Assembly (NCBI RefSeq): GCF_964213995.1
Contig: NW_027590164.1
Coordinates: forward strand, 124,001 to 188,000
Direction: 5' to 3'
Source of the DNA: Mustelus asterias
Lineage: Eukaryota
DNA length: 64,000 nucleotides
In this document: positions 35,458 to 48,390 of the stretch, piece by piece
Position numbering within the stretch: position 1 is the stretch's first letter
Layout of the letters: each line of letters opens with the position of its first letter
The notes under the pieces: model-generated
What the model saw: only the letters and a program-made list of their open reading frames with translations
The model's database searches: none
What the model was told of the DNA's origin: nothing
Position numbers and translations under genes: made by a program

Positions 35458-36671
35458 CGAGACACACGGACAATCACTAAGAAAGATAACCAAGCAGATT
35501 GGCACAGCCATTGACACACAAAAGAGACATGAACTCATTGGCAACGTAAAAAGCGTGCTAGCTCCAGAGTAAACTTCCTGAACTGGAATTCCCTGGTGTG
35601 GTGTAAGTGCGGCAATATCGTGTTAGATACTCATTGCGATGGAACACAACATTTTAACAACAGGAGCAGCCAGAAATCTATTTCTCATCAATGGTGATCA
35701 TTGATTGACAAATCGACGTGGACCCTTTTGCAGAATAAGCAATAATGGATATATTTATTTTTACGCCAAACATATTCTGGATGTGTCCGTGTGCAAAACA
35801 TATTTACTAGTGTCACAACCAGGCTTACATTAATCCTGCAATTAATAATTCAAGTTACTGTGAAAATCCTCTCGTCGCCACATTCCGCCGCCTATTCGTG
35901 TACACGAAGGAGGAATTTCAATTGAACCCGGGTCCCTAGCATTGTGAAACAGCAGTACTAACCACTGTGCCACTGTGTTGGCCTATGTGAAGTCCGTGTG
36001 AATAAGACAGATTCTCCATCCATTCTCGAGGTTTTCGGATTGGATGTTCAGGACACAGGAGGACAGCACAAGAAGACTGCTTCAGGTGTAGGTGATTTAT
36101 TCTCGTCTGTTATATTCCACACTCTGTGGAAGGTTGTGGAGTAAATGTAGTTATATTAGGTATAATTCAGAAATAATGAGGAGATGCTTCATCAGATTTA
36201 AATTCGTTTTGTAAAATCGATATAAAATCAATTGCAAAAATAAATATATGTTTACGTTGAAAACTATATCAGGAAGCTAAATCCAATACTTGCTGCCATT
36301 GGGTAAGGGAAAGGTTGTTAAAGCAAATTGTCCATGGATTCCGCAGAAACTCCTTCTTCAAATTGGGATTTTTCAATGACTTAAAAGGGAGAAACATCAA
36401 CTTCATGGAATTAGAGGAGGAAATTGAAATTGGAACAAAGAACAGTTCAGGACAGGAACAGGCCCTTCGACCCATCAATCCCGCAACGACATCTTAATTA
36501 TTCAGCTCCTCATAAAATAATTCGCAAAGATCTGATGGATTGATGAGCCTCTCATCGTTCTGTGACATTGTTAACCATTTTCAATCATTCTTAGATTAAT
36601 GTGTCTCCAGCATTCCCAACGAATATTGCAACATATCAACTCAGCCCCATTGGGCTACGGAGCAGCCAACA

Positions 36672-36744
36672 GTTTCTGTGGTGTAGTGCTGATTGCATTT
36701 GCCTCACGCACGCAAGGGCCCACGTTCGAAATCGAGCAGAATCA
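36672..36744 (+). pseudogene. tRNA-Val(CAC) pseudogene
   Basis: GTTTCTGTGGTGTAGTGCTGATTGCATTTGCCTCACGCACGCAAGGGCCCACGTTCGAAATCGAGCAGAATCA. Confidence 0.7.
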
Positions 36745-38244
36745 TTAATGACATTTGTCCATTAAGGTTGAGGGAAGTCTGTATAATTTCAGATTGTAGC
36801 TGAACATTATCCAAAACTCGATGTTACAGCCATGTTATATTTGCGCTCACCTCAAAAGCTTTCAGCAAAATCAGAAACCTTGTATTTTCATGACGCAATG
36901 AGAGGAAATAGATGTTCCTATTTTAAAACCGTGCACATATTAGCAATATTTTCAGCCCACTCCCGAATTTAATAGGTTTATAAATGCAGACTAACATAAT
37001 TCATCACCAACTGAAACATGTCTAATAGTATTGTGTGCTCACAAATACAGATACAAGTGATACTGTAACTGAAGTAGAGAAAATGGAGAACATTTCCCCG
37101 AAGCATCTTTTTAAAATTGTTCTTCATAATAACGAAATAGGGAAAACCTCTCAGACAGAAGAGGAAATCGAGAATCAAAGCGGACCTTCTGGATCTCCTA
37201 TAGATGAACGAGATTTAGGTGCCAGAATGTTTCACACACAGAATAAAGAGGGATCAAGTATAACTGGCAGATCATTCTTGAATCTCTTTCCTTTAAATAT
37301 ATTTGATTTGGTTTAAAGGCTGATCATGGTCAAACTCAAAAAAGCACCATTGGATGTGTATTACCCGTGACTCGATTTATTTTGTTGGTCAGTAATGTTT
37401 GCAATTTAATTTTGTATATTTCAGACATATTCAATTCGCAATGAGGACATCTGTGTTAAATAACTGGATTGATAGTAAATGTTGATTGCCGAACAAATAC
37501 TGGATATAAGTGGTTGAAGTTAATCGATGGTATATGAGAATGACGCATTCACGATGGAGCAGAAATCATTGCTCCCTTAGACATTTGTCCGATGAATGTT
37601 TTTAAATTTTGAAATTCGAGACAAGTTGAGACATCACGTTGCAAGTAACGGTTGTCTCTTGCACGGAGGTACATGGACTCTCAGTCTAACCATTCGAACC
37701 TGCAGCAATAGAGCGGGGTTGAACAATGCAGTCAGACCAATTGCATATTCCAGAGATATTAAATTCAGAATTTGGACATATATATATTAAAAATCTGTAT
37801 TGATATTAAAAATTGAATGATGATCCAAGGTGGATTGGGCATTGCCCCTCGGTTAGATTGATTAGCCATGGGGAAAGAGTAGCGTTGTGGGGACAGCAGG
37901 GGTAATGGCCTGGTTATGATACTCTGGCGTCGCTGCTGATTCGTTGGGCCGATTGGCCGTTTCTGCACTGATTCTATGAAACAGATACTGAGTATAATTG
38001 GTTGAAATTATTCGCAGGAAGATAAGAATGGCGCATTAATAATTGAGCACAAATCAGTGCTTCCTTAGATATTTGCCGGACGAACACTTTTTAATTTTGA
38101 AGAACAAGGTAAGTTGAGATATCGGGTTGAAAGTCAGGGATGTGCTGTTGTATTAAGTGACATGGGCCCTCAATCATACCATTCAAACCTGCAGCAACAA
38201 AGTGGAGTTAAACATTGTAGTCAGGGCCATTGAGGCCCCAATGC

Positions 38245-38316
38245 TAGCTGCAGTGGAGTGGTTATCCCGTTCCCCTAAAACACGAAGAGTCCCCGGTCCG
38301 AAACGGGGAAACAGCA
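38245..38316 (+). pseudogene. tRNA-Val-body pseudogene
   Basis: ..GTGGAGTGGTTATCCCGTTCCCCTAAAACACGAAGAGTCCCCGGTCCGAAACGGGG.. Confidence 0.7.
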
Positions 38317-38708
38317 TTCGTTAAGCTTTCTCATGTAAGATGAGGGAAATCCTGTATGATTTCAGTTCGTTGCTGACCATTATCCGAATCTCGATATTAC
38401 AACAATATTATATTTCCTCTGAACTCAACCTCAAATGGTTTCTGTGAATAAGAAACGCTGATTTTTTTGACGCACTGACAGGAAAGAAACGTCTCTACTT
38501 TGACAACCTGCACATAGTATCATCTTGTTCAGTGGACAACAAAATTTAATGGGTTCACAGGGGCAAACTAAAATAGCGAATCACCATCTGAAGCATGTCT
38601 AATAGGAGTGTGTGCTCAAAAAGACAAACACAAGTGATACTCAAAGTGAACTCGGGGAAATGGCGCACCTGCCGATAGCTCCTGTCAATGACCTCCTCAC
38701 AATGGATA

Positions 38709-39457
38709 GTGAGGAGGTCATTGACAGGAGCTATCGGCAGGTGGTCACACCGGGACCACGGGAGGAGGGTAACTGGGTAACAGTGAGGAAGGAGAAAGCT
38801 CGGTTGATGGTGAGCACCCCGATGGATGTGCCCCTTAATAATAAGTACTCCTGTCTGAGTACTACTGGGGTGGACAGCCCACCTGGGGGAAGCAGCGGTG
38901 GCAGTGTCTCTGGAGCTGAGCCTGGCCCAGTAGTGCAAAAGGGTAAGGAAAGGAGGGTAGTGCTAATTGGGGACTCTACGGTGAGGGGGTCAGATAGGCG
39001 TTTTTGCGGACACAGACGGGACTCTCGGATGGTGGTTTGCCTCCCTGGTGCAGGGGTCCGGGATGTCTCTGGTCGAGTCCCAGAAATCCTGAAGGGGGAG
39101 GGAGAGGAGCCGAAGGTCGTGATGCATATAGGTACTGCTGACATAGGTAGGAAAAGGGAAGGGGTCATGAAAAGAGAATATAGGGAGTTAGGTAGACAGC
39201 TGAGAAAGAGGAATGCAAAGGTAGTAATCTCGGGATTGCTGCCTGTGCCGCGGGAGAGTGAGAACAGGAATCGGTGGAGAATGAATGCGTGGCTGAGGGT
39301 CTGGAGCAAGGGACAAGGATTTGGGTACTTGGATCATTGGGACCTCTTTAGGGGCAGGTGTGACCTGTTTAAAAAAGACGGGTGGCACTTGAATCCCAGG
39401 GGGACCAATATCCTGGCGGGAAGGTTGGCTAAGGCTACTGGAGAGACTTTAAACTAG
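38709..39457 (+). CDS. CR1 ORF1 C-terminal part, SGNH/GDSL esterase-like domain
   Basis: VVLIGDSTVR, VCLPGAGV, HIGTAD and DGWHLN blocks. Confidence 0.9.
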
Positions 39458-39587
39458 AAAGGTTGGGGGGAGGGAATCGAAATGAGGGGACTGAGAGCGA
39501 GGAGGTTAGCTCGGAAATAGATAAGGAATGTAAACAGGGTAAGAGGGAGGTTAGACGAGTGATGGAGAAGGGAAGTGCTCAGGCTGA

Positions 39588-42310
39588 AGGTCTGAGATGT
39601 GTCTATTTTAATGCCAGGAGTGTAGTGAATAAAGTGGATGAGCTTAGAGCGTGGATTGCTGCTTCGAATTGTGATGTGGTGGCCATTACGGAGACTTGGA
39701 TGTCTCAGGGACAGGACTGGGTGCTTCAGGTGCCGGGTTTTAGATGTTTCAGGAAGGACAGGGAGGGAGGCAAGAGAGGGGGGGGGAGTGGCACTGTTGA
39801 TCAGGGATAGTGTCACGGCTGTAGAGAAGGTGGACGCCGTGGAGGGATTGACTACGGAGTCTCTGTGGGTGGAGGTTAGGAACAGGAAGGGGTCGGTAAC
39901 GTTGCTGGGTGTTTTCTATAGGCCGCCCAATAGTAACAGAGATGTTGAGGAGCAGATGGGGAAACAGATCCTGGAGAGATGTAGGAATAACAGAGTTGTC
40001 GTGATGGGAGATTTTAATTTCCCAAACATAGATTGGAATATCCCTAGGGCTAGGGGTTTGGATGGAGAGGAGTTTGTTAGGTGTGTCCAGGAGAGTTTCC
40101 TGACACAGTATGTGGATAAGCCTACTAGAGGAGAGGCTGTACTTGATCTGGTGCTGGCTAATGAACCTGGACAGGTGGAGGATCTCTCGGTGGGTGAGCA
40201 TCTTGGGGATAGCGATCATAATTCTATCTCCTTCACGATAGCATTGGAAAGAGATAGGATCAGGCAGGCTAGGAAAGTGTTTCTCTGGAGTAAAGGGAAA
40301 TACAGTGTCATCAGGGAGGAAATTAGACGGGTAAATTGGAAGGAGGCATTCTTGGGGAAAAGTACCAAAGGAAAGTGGAGGATTTTCAAGGAATGTTTGT
40401 CTGGAGCTCTGCATGACAACGTTCCGATGAGACAGGGGGGTGTTGGTAGGGTACGGGAACCGTGGTGCACGAAGGTTGTGATGAACCTGGTGAATAAGAA
40501 AAGAGAGGCGTACAGAAGGTTCAGAGAGCTAGGAGGTGTTAAGGATTTAGAGGAGTATACGGGATGTAGGAAGGAGCTTAAGAAGGAAATTACGAGAGCG
40601 AGAAGGGGTCATGAGAAGGCCTTGGCGGGTAAGATTAAGGAGAATCCCAAGGCTTTCTACAAATATGTCAAGAGTAAAAGGATGAGATGTGAAGGCATAG
40701 GACCCTTAAAAGGTGAAGGGGGAAAAGTTTGTGCGGAACCGTTAGAAATGGCGGAGCTGCTTAATGAATACTTTACCTCGGTATTCACGGTGGAAAGGGA
40801 TCTGGGTGGTTGTACTGCTGGTTTGCGGTGGACAGAAAGGATCGAGCATGTGGACATAAAGAAAGAGGATGTGTTGGAACTATTGAATGGCATCAAGGTT
40901 GGTAAGTCGCCGGGACCGGATGGGATGTACCCCAGGTTACTGTGGGAGGCGAGGGAGGAGATTGCGGAGCCTTTGGCGATGATCTTTGCATCGTCGATGG
41001 AGACGGGAGAGGTTCCGGAGGATTGGAGGATTGCAGATGTGGTCCCTATATTCAGGAAAGGGAACAGGGACAGCCCGGGAAATTACCGACCGGTGAGTCT
41101 AACCTCAGTGGTTGGTAAGTTGATGGAGAGGATCCTGAGAGAAGTTTAGTATGATCAAAAGTAGTCAGCACGGCTTTGTCAAGGGCAGGTCGTGCCTTAC
41201 GAAGGAAGAGCGGTGGATGTGGTCTATATGGACTTCAGCAAGGCGTTCGATAAGGTCCCCCATGCAAGACTTCTTGAGAAAGTGAGAGGGCATGGGATCC
41301 AAGGGGCTGTTGCCTTGTGGATCCAGAACTGGCTTGCCTGCAGAAGGCAGAGAGTGGCTGTGGAGGGGTCTTTCTCTGCATGGAGGTCAGTGACCAGTGG
41401 AGTGCCCCAGGGATCTGTTCTGGGACCCTTGCTGTTTGTCATTTTCATAAATGAACTGGATGAGGAAGTGGAGGGATGGGTTGGTAAGTTTGCTGACGAC
41501 ACCAAGGTAGGTGGTGTTGTGGATAGTTTGGAGGGATGTCAGAAGTTGCAGCGAGACATAGATAGAATGCAAGACTGGGCGGAGAAGTGGCAGATGGACT
41601 TCAACCCGGATAAGTGTGTGGTGATCCATTTTGGCAGATCCAATGGGATGAAGCAGCAGTATAATATGAAGGGTACCATTCTTAGCAGTGTAGAGGATCA
41701 GAAGGACCTTGGGGTCCGGGTCCATAGGACTCTTAAATCGGCCTCGCAGGTGGAGGATGCGGTCAAGAAGGCGTACGGCGTACTGGCCTTCATTAATCGA
41801 GGGATTGAGTTTAGGAGTCGGGAGATAATGCTGCAGCTTTATAGGACCCTGGTTAGACCCCACTTGGAGTACTGCGCGCAGTTCTGGTCACCTCATTACA
41901 GGAAAGATGTTGAAGCCATTGAAAGGGTGCAGAGGAGATTTACAAGGATGTTGCCTGGATTGGGGGGCATGCCTTATGAGGATAGGTTGAGGGAGCTTGG
42001 TCTCTTCTCCCTGGAGAGACGAAGGATGAGAGGTGATCTGATAGAGGTTTACAAGATGTTGAGAGGTCTGGATAGGGTAGACTCTCAGAGGCTATTTCCA
42101 AGGGCTGAAATGGTTGCTACGAGAGGACACAGGTTTAAGGTGCTGGGGGGTAGGTACAGAGGAGATGTCAGGGGTACGTTTTTCACTCAGAGGGTGGTGG
42201 GTGAGTGGAATCGGCTGACGTCGGTGGTGGTGGAGGCAAACTCGTTGGGGTCTTTTAAGAGACTTCTGGATGAGTACATGGGATTTAATGGGATTGAGGG
42301 CTATAGATAG
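39588..42310 (+). pseudogene. CR1 ORF2 (endonuclease-reverse transcriptase), broken into three frames
   Basis: LRCVYFNARSV..ITETW; GDFN, SDH; [21 protein letters not shown]. Confidence 0.95.
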
Positions 42311-43277
42311 GCCTAGAGGTGGGGATGTGATCGGCGCAACTTGTGGGCCGAAGGGCCTGTTTGTGCTGTGGCTTTCTATGTTCTATGTTCTATTTCCCAG
42401 AAGAATCTTTTTTTAAAATGTTGCTTCATCACATGGAAATCGGAAAAAAAACACTCAGACAGATGAGGAAATGGAGACTCAGTGCGGATCAACTAATCTT
42501 TCCTATAGCTGGCTGGAATTTATGCGCCTGAATGTTTCACACTTATAATAAAAAGGCTCAAGTATACCTAACAGATAATTGTTCAATCTCTTCCATTTAA
42601 TTATAGTTGACTTTGTTTAAAAGCTGACGATGGCCAATCTCAAACAAACACCATGGGATCTGTATTACCCGGTGATTCGACTCTTTCAGTTGGCCAGTTA
42701 TGTTTGCAATTCAGTGATATTCAAGTTCAGAGATATTCAATTCATAATGAAGACATATGTGTTAAATAACGCATTGATACTAAATATTGAAACAAATACT
42801 GAGTACAATTGTACAATGAGCTTTGACAAAGTGTCATCTGGACTCGAAACGTCAGCTCCTTTCTCTCCTTACAGATGCTGCCAGACCATATGAGATTTTC
42901 CAGCATTTTCTCCTTTGGTTTCAGAATCCATCATCCGCAGTAATTTGCTTTTATTAATGAGCACAAGTGGTTGAGATTATTCGAAGGAAGATGAATATGA
43001 TGCATTAGTGAATGAGCAGAAATCATTGATCCCTTAGATATTTGCCAGGCGATCGCTTTCAAATTTTGAAGTTCAAGATAAGTTGAGCAATCACATTGAA
43101 AGTAACGGTTATCTTCCTGAAACAAGTGACATGGGCTCTCAGTCTAATCATTTGAAACTGCAGCAATACAGCGCAGTTGAAAATTGCAGAGAGGCGAAAG
43201 GTTCCCGGTTCAAAACCTGGCAGAAACATTTATTGAGCTTCCTAATTTAGATTGAGGAAAATCTGTATGATTTCAGT

Positions 43278-44050
43278 ACAAAGAACAAAGAATATTACAG
43301 CACAGGAACAGGCCCTTCGGCCCTCCAACCCTGCACCGACCATGCTGCCCGAATTAACTAAAACCCCGATCCTTCCGGGGACCATATCCCTCTGTTCCCA
43401 TTCCTATTCATGTACTTGTCAAGACGCCCCTTAAAAGTCACGACCGTATTCGCTTCCACTACTTCCCCTGGCAACAAGTCCCAGACACCCACGAAACCCT
43501 GTGTAAAAATTCTGCCTCGTACATCTCCTTTAAACCTTACCCCTCGCAACTTAAACCTATGTCCCCTAGTCATTGACTCTTCCACCCTAGGAAAAAAGCT
43601 TCTGACTATCCATTCTGTCCATGCCTCTCATAATCTTGTAGACTTCTATCAGGTCGCCCCTCAACCTCCGTCGCTCTAGTGAGAACAAACCAAGTTTCTG
43701 CAATCTCTCCTCGTAGCTAATCCTCTCCATACCACGCAACATCCTGGTAAATCTTTTATGTACCCTCTCCAAAGCTCCACATCCTTCTGGTTGTGTGGCA
43801 ACCAGAATTCAACACGATATTCCAAGTGCGGCCTAAATAAGGTTCAATAAAGCTGCAACATGACTTGCCAATTTTTAAACTCAATGCCCCGGCCGATGAA
43901 GGCAAGCATGCGGTATGCCTTCTTGACTACCTTCTCCACCTGCATTGCCACTTTCAGTGACCTGTGTACTTGTACACCCAGATCCCTTTGCCTATCAATA
44001 CTCTTAAGGGTGCTGCCATTTACTGTATATTTCCTATCTGTATTAGACCT
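43278..44050 (-). mobile_element. CR1 3' fragment inside a tandem-repeat unit
   Basis: RDLGVQVHRSLKV..; (TTCTTTG)n tail; flanks rejoin as tttcagt/tcgttgctga. Confidence 0.93.
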
Positions 44051-45171
44051 TCGTTGCTGAACGTTATCCGAATCTTGATATTGCAGCCATATGATCTTTG
44101 CTCTGACCTCGGCCTCAAGTGCTTTCTGTAAAATAAGAATGTTGATAGCTTTGTGACGAAATGACAGGAAAGAAACATTTCGATTTTGACACTGTGCACA
44201 TATTCGCATCACGTTCAGTCAACAACAGAATTTAATGAGTTTATGGGTGCAGATTAACGTAGCTAATCACCATCTGGAACTGTTCGAATTGTAGTATGTG
44301 CTCCAGGGGACTAACACAAGTGATACTGCAAGCGAACTATCGGAAATGGCGCACATTTCCCAGAATAATCTTTTTCTTTAATCGTTCTTCAAAACAAAGA
44401 AATAGGAAAAAAAAAACCACTCAGACAGATGAGGAAATCGAGACTTAGTGCGGATCTACTGGACTTTCATTTAAGTGTCCGGAATTTATGTGCCTTAATA
44501 TTTCACGCCCATAATAAAAAAGACACAAGTGTCAATAGCAGATAATTCTTCAATCTCGTCTATTTAAATGTAGTTCACTTTGTTTAAATGTCGTTCGCTA
44601 TGGTCAATCTCATAATTGTGATCTGTATTCCCCGGTGACTCGATTCATGTTGGTCAGTTATATTTGCAATTCTATTGTATTGAATTTCAGAGATATACAA
44701 TTCATAATGAAGACATATGTGTTAAATAATGCATTCAGACTAAATACTGAAACAAATACTGAGTACAATTGTACAATGAACTTTGTTAAAGTGTCACCTG
44801 GATTCGAAACATCAGCTCATTTCTCTCCTTACAGGTGCTGGCAGACGTTTTGTGATTTACCAGCATTTTTTCGTTTGGTTTCCGATTCCAGTTTCCGCGG
44901 GAATTTGCTTTTATCGCTGAGTAAAATTGGTTGAGATTAGTCGAAGGAAGATGAGAATGATGCATTAATGAATGGCCAGAAATCATTGTTCCCTTAGATA
45001 TTTGCCAGAAGAACGCTTTTAACTTTTGAAGTTCATGATAAGTTGAGCAATCAGATTGAAAGCAACGGTTATCTTCCTGAATTAAGTGACATGTGCTCTC
45101 AGTCTAACCATTGGAACCTGCAGCAGTTGAACATTGCGGACAGGCCGATTTGCTGCAGCTTGCGTCCAGCT

Positions 45172-45244
45172 GTTTCTGTAGTGTAGTGGTTATTATGTTC
45201 GTCTGACACGCGGAAGGATCCTGGTTCCAAACGAAGCAGAAACA
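45172..45244 (+). pseudogene. tRNA-Val pseudogene, anticodon position GAC
   Basis: GTTTCTGTAGTGTAGTGGTTATTATGTTCGTCTGACACGCGGAAGGATCCTGGTTCCAAACGAAGCAGAAACA. Confidence 0.8.
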
Positions 45245-46418
45245 TTCATTAAGATTTCTCATGTCGGGTGAAGGAAAATTGCATGATTTCAGTTCGTTCC
45301 TCAACATTATCTGAACCTCGGTATTACAGGCATATTATCGGCTCTGACATCGGCCTCTAATGTTTTCTGTAAAATAAGAAATGCTGATTTTGTTTTGATG
45401 CACTGACAGGAAAGAAACGTTTCGATTTTGACACTGTGCACATATTCGCATCTCGTTCAGTCTACAACAGAATTTAATGGGTTTACAGGTGCAGACTGAC
45501 ATGGCTAATCACCGTCTGAAATATATCTAATAGTAGTGTCTGCTCCAGAAGACTGACACAAGTGATATTGTAAGTGATCTATCGGAAATGGCGCTCATTT
45601 CCCAGAAGATTCCATTTTAAAATCGTTGTTCACAACAAGGAAATAGAAAAAAAAACACTCAGACAGATGAGGGAATCGGGACTCAGTGCAGATCTTCTGG
45701 ACTTTCCTATAAATGGTCGGAATTTATGCGCCTGAATATTTCACCCCCTAGATAAAAAAAAGGCCCAAGTGTCACGAAAAGTTCATTTTTGAATCACTTC
45801 CAATTAAACGTAGTTGACTTTGTTTAAAAGCTGGCTATGATCAATCTCAAAATTGCGATCTGTATTACCCGGTGATTCGATTCGTTCTGTTAGTCAGTTA
45901 TGTTTGCAATTCTGTGACATTCAATTCCAGAGATATTCAATTAATAATGAAGACATATGTGTTAAATAATGCATTGATACTAAATATTGAAACAAATACT
46001 GAGTGCAATTGCTCAATTAGCTTTGACACAGTGCCATCTGGACTCGAATCGTCAGCCCTTCTCTCTCCTTACAGATGCTGAGATATTGCGAGATTTTCCA
46101 GCATTTTCTCTTTTGGTTTCCGATTCCAGCATCCGCAGTAATTACTTTTATTAATGAGTACAATTGTTTGAGATTATTCGAAGGAAGATGAGAATGATGC
46201 ATTAATGAATGGGCAGAAATCATTGCTCCCTCAGATATTTGCCAGACGAAAGCTTTTAAATTTTGATGTTCAAGATAAGTTGTGAAATCAGGTTAAAAGT
46301 ACCAGTTTTCTTCTTGAATTCAGTGACATGGGCTCTCAGTCTAACCATTGGAACCTGCAGCAGCGCAGCGCAGTTGGACATTGCAGACATGCCGATTAGC
46401 TAAAATATGCTGTCAGCT

Positions 46419-46491
46419 GTTCATGTAATGTCATGGTTATCACGTTCGCCTCACACTCGAAAGATTCCCGTATCAAAACCCGACAGAAACA
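46419..46491 (+). pseudogene. tRNA-Val(CAC) pseudogene
   Basis: GTTCATGTAATGTCATGGTTATCACGTTCGCCTCACACTCGAAAGATTCCCGTATCAAAACCCGACAGAAACA. Confidence 0.75.
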
Positions 46492-46546
46492 CTTTGGGAC
46501 CTTTCTTATTAATGGCGTGCGAAGCCTGCATAGTTTAACTTCCGAG

Positions 46547-46856
46547 AATCACATACTGAAGAATGAGGCAATTCGGCCCATCGAAGCTGCACCGAACACA
46601 ATCCCACCCAGGCCCTATCCCCATTACCCCATGTATTTACCTGGCTCGTCCCCCTGACACTAAGGGGCAATTTTGCATGGCCAACCCGCCTCACCCGCAA
46701 CTCTCTGGACTGTAGGAGGAAACCAGAGGACCCGGGGAACCCCACACAGACACGGGGAGAACGTGCAAACTCAACACAGACAGTGACGCAAGCCAGGAAT
46801 CGAACCCAGGTCTCTGTGAGACCGCAGTGCTAACCACTGTGATGCTGTGCCGCCCC
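46547..46856 (-). mobile_element. HE1-like SINE
   Basis: Reverse head, core and tail. Confidence 0.88.
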
Positions 46857-47280
46857 CACTGTGCAACCATCATTGCTCAACGTTATGTGAATCTCGATGT
46901 TACACCAACTCAAATGCTTTTGGGAAAATCGGATCTTACAGTAACTCAATTGTCTTTAGGAAAATCAGAATTGCCGTGTTTTAGGATGCAATGGCAGGAA
47001 ATAAATGTCTGTATTGTTTGTATGCATATTCGCAACCCGTTCAGTCCACAATAAAATTTAATGCGTTTACAGGTGCAGACTAAGAGCTTTAATCACCATC
47101 TGAAACATGTCTCCCAGCAGTGCGGGCTCATAAGGACAGACACAAGTGAAACTGTAACTGAACTAGAGGAAATGGCACACATTGCTTCGAAGCTTATTTT
47201 TAAAATTGTTCTTCCTGATAAAGAAATGGGAAAGACCATTCAGGCCGATGAGGAAATCGGAAATCAGTGCGAACCTCCTA

Positions 47281-48390
47281 TAAGACCATAAGACCATAAG
47301 ACATAGGAGCGGAAGTAAGGCCATTCGGCCCATCGAGTCCACTCCACCATTCAATCATGGTTGATTTCAACTCCATTTACCCGCTCTCTCCCCATAGCCC
47401 TTAATTCCTCGAGAAATCAAGAATTTATCAATTTCTGTCTTGAAGACGCTCAACGTCTCGGCCTCCACAGCCCTCTGTGGCAATGAATTCCACAGACCCA
47501 CCACTCTCTGGCTGAAGAAATTTCTCCTCATCTCTGTTCTAAAGTGACTCCCTTTTATTCTAAGGCTGTGCCCCCGCGTCCTAGTCTCCCCTGTTAATGG
47601 AAACAACTTCCCTACGTCCATCCTATCTAAGCCGTTCATTATCTTGTAAGTTTCTATCAGATCTCCCCTCAACCTCCTAAACTCCAATGAATATAATCCC
47701 ACGATCCTCAGACGTTCATCGTATGTCAGGCCTACCATTCCTGGGATCATCCGTGTGAATCTCCGCTGGACCCGCTCCAGTGCCAGTATGTCCTTCCTGA
47801 GGTGTGGGGCCCAAAATTGCTCACAGTACTCCAAATGGGGCCTAACCAGTGCTTTATAAAGCCTCAGAAGTACATCCCTGCTTTTGTATTCCAAGCCTCT
47901 TGAGATAAATGACAACATTACATTTGCTTTCCTAATTACGGACTCAACCTGCAAGTTTACCTTTAGAGAATCCTGGACTAGGACTCCCAAGTCCCTTTGC
48001 ACTTTAGCATTATGAATTTTGTCACCGTTTAGAAAATAGTCCATGCCTCTATTCTTTTTTCCAAAGTGTACGACCTCGCACTTGCCCACGTTGAATTTCA
48101 TCAGCCACTTCTTGGACCACTCTCCTAAACTGTCTAAATCTTTCTGCAGCCTCCCCACCTCCTCAATACTACCTGCCCCTCCACCTATCTTTGTATCATC
48201 GGCAAACTTGGCCAGAATGCTCCCAGTCCCGTCATCTAGATCGTTAATATATAAAGAGAACAGCTGTGGCCCCAACACTGAACCCTGCGGGACACCACTT
48301 GTCACCGGTTGCCATTCTGAGAAAGAACCTTTTATCCCAACTCTCTGCCTTCTGTCTGACAGCCAATCGTCAATCCATGTTAGTACCTTG
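47281..48390 (-). mobile_element. Young 5'-truncated CR1
   Basis: Uninterrupted ORF 47367..48305 ([14 protein letters not shown]); (TCTTATGG)n tail. Confidence 0.96.

Larger units (their letters stand above)
38669..42392 (+). mobile_element. Near full-length CR1 LINE (partial ORF1 + ORF2), defective
   Basis: ORF1 SGNH esterase, APE endonuclease, RT and (TTCTATG)n tail; frameshift in the G run at ~39780 and deletions at ~41145-41200. Confidence 0.97.

Noticed and set aside
38612-38708. N-terminal extension of ORF 38612..39457 as a fusion gene
   Set aside because: Chance read-through from the tandem-repeat unit and the fold-back arm into truncated CR1 ORF1.
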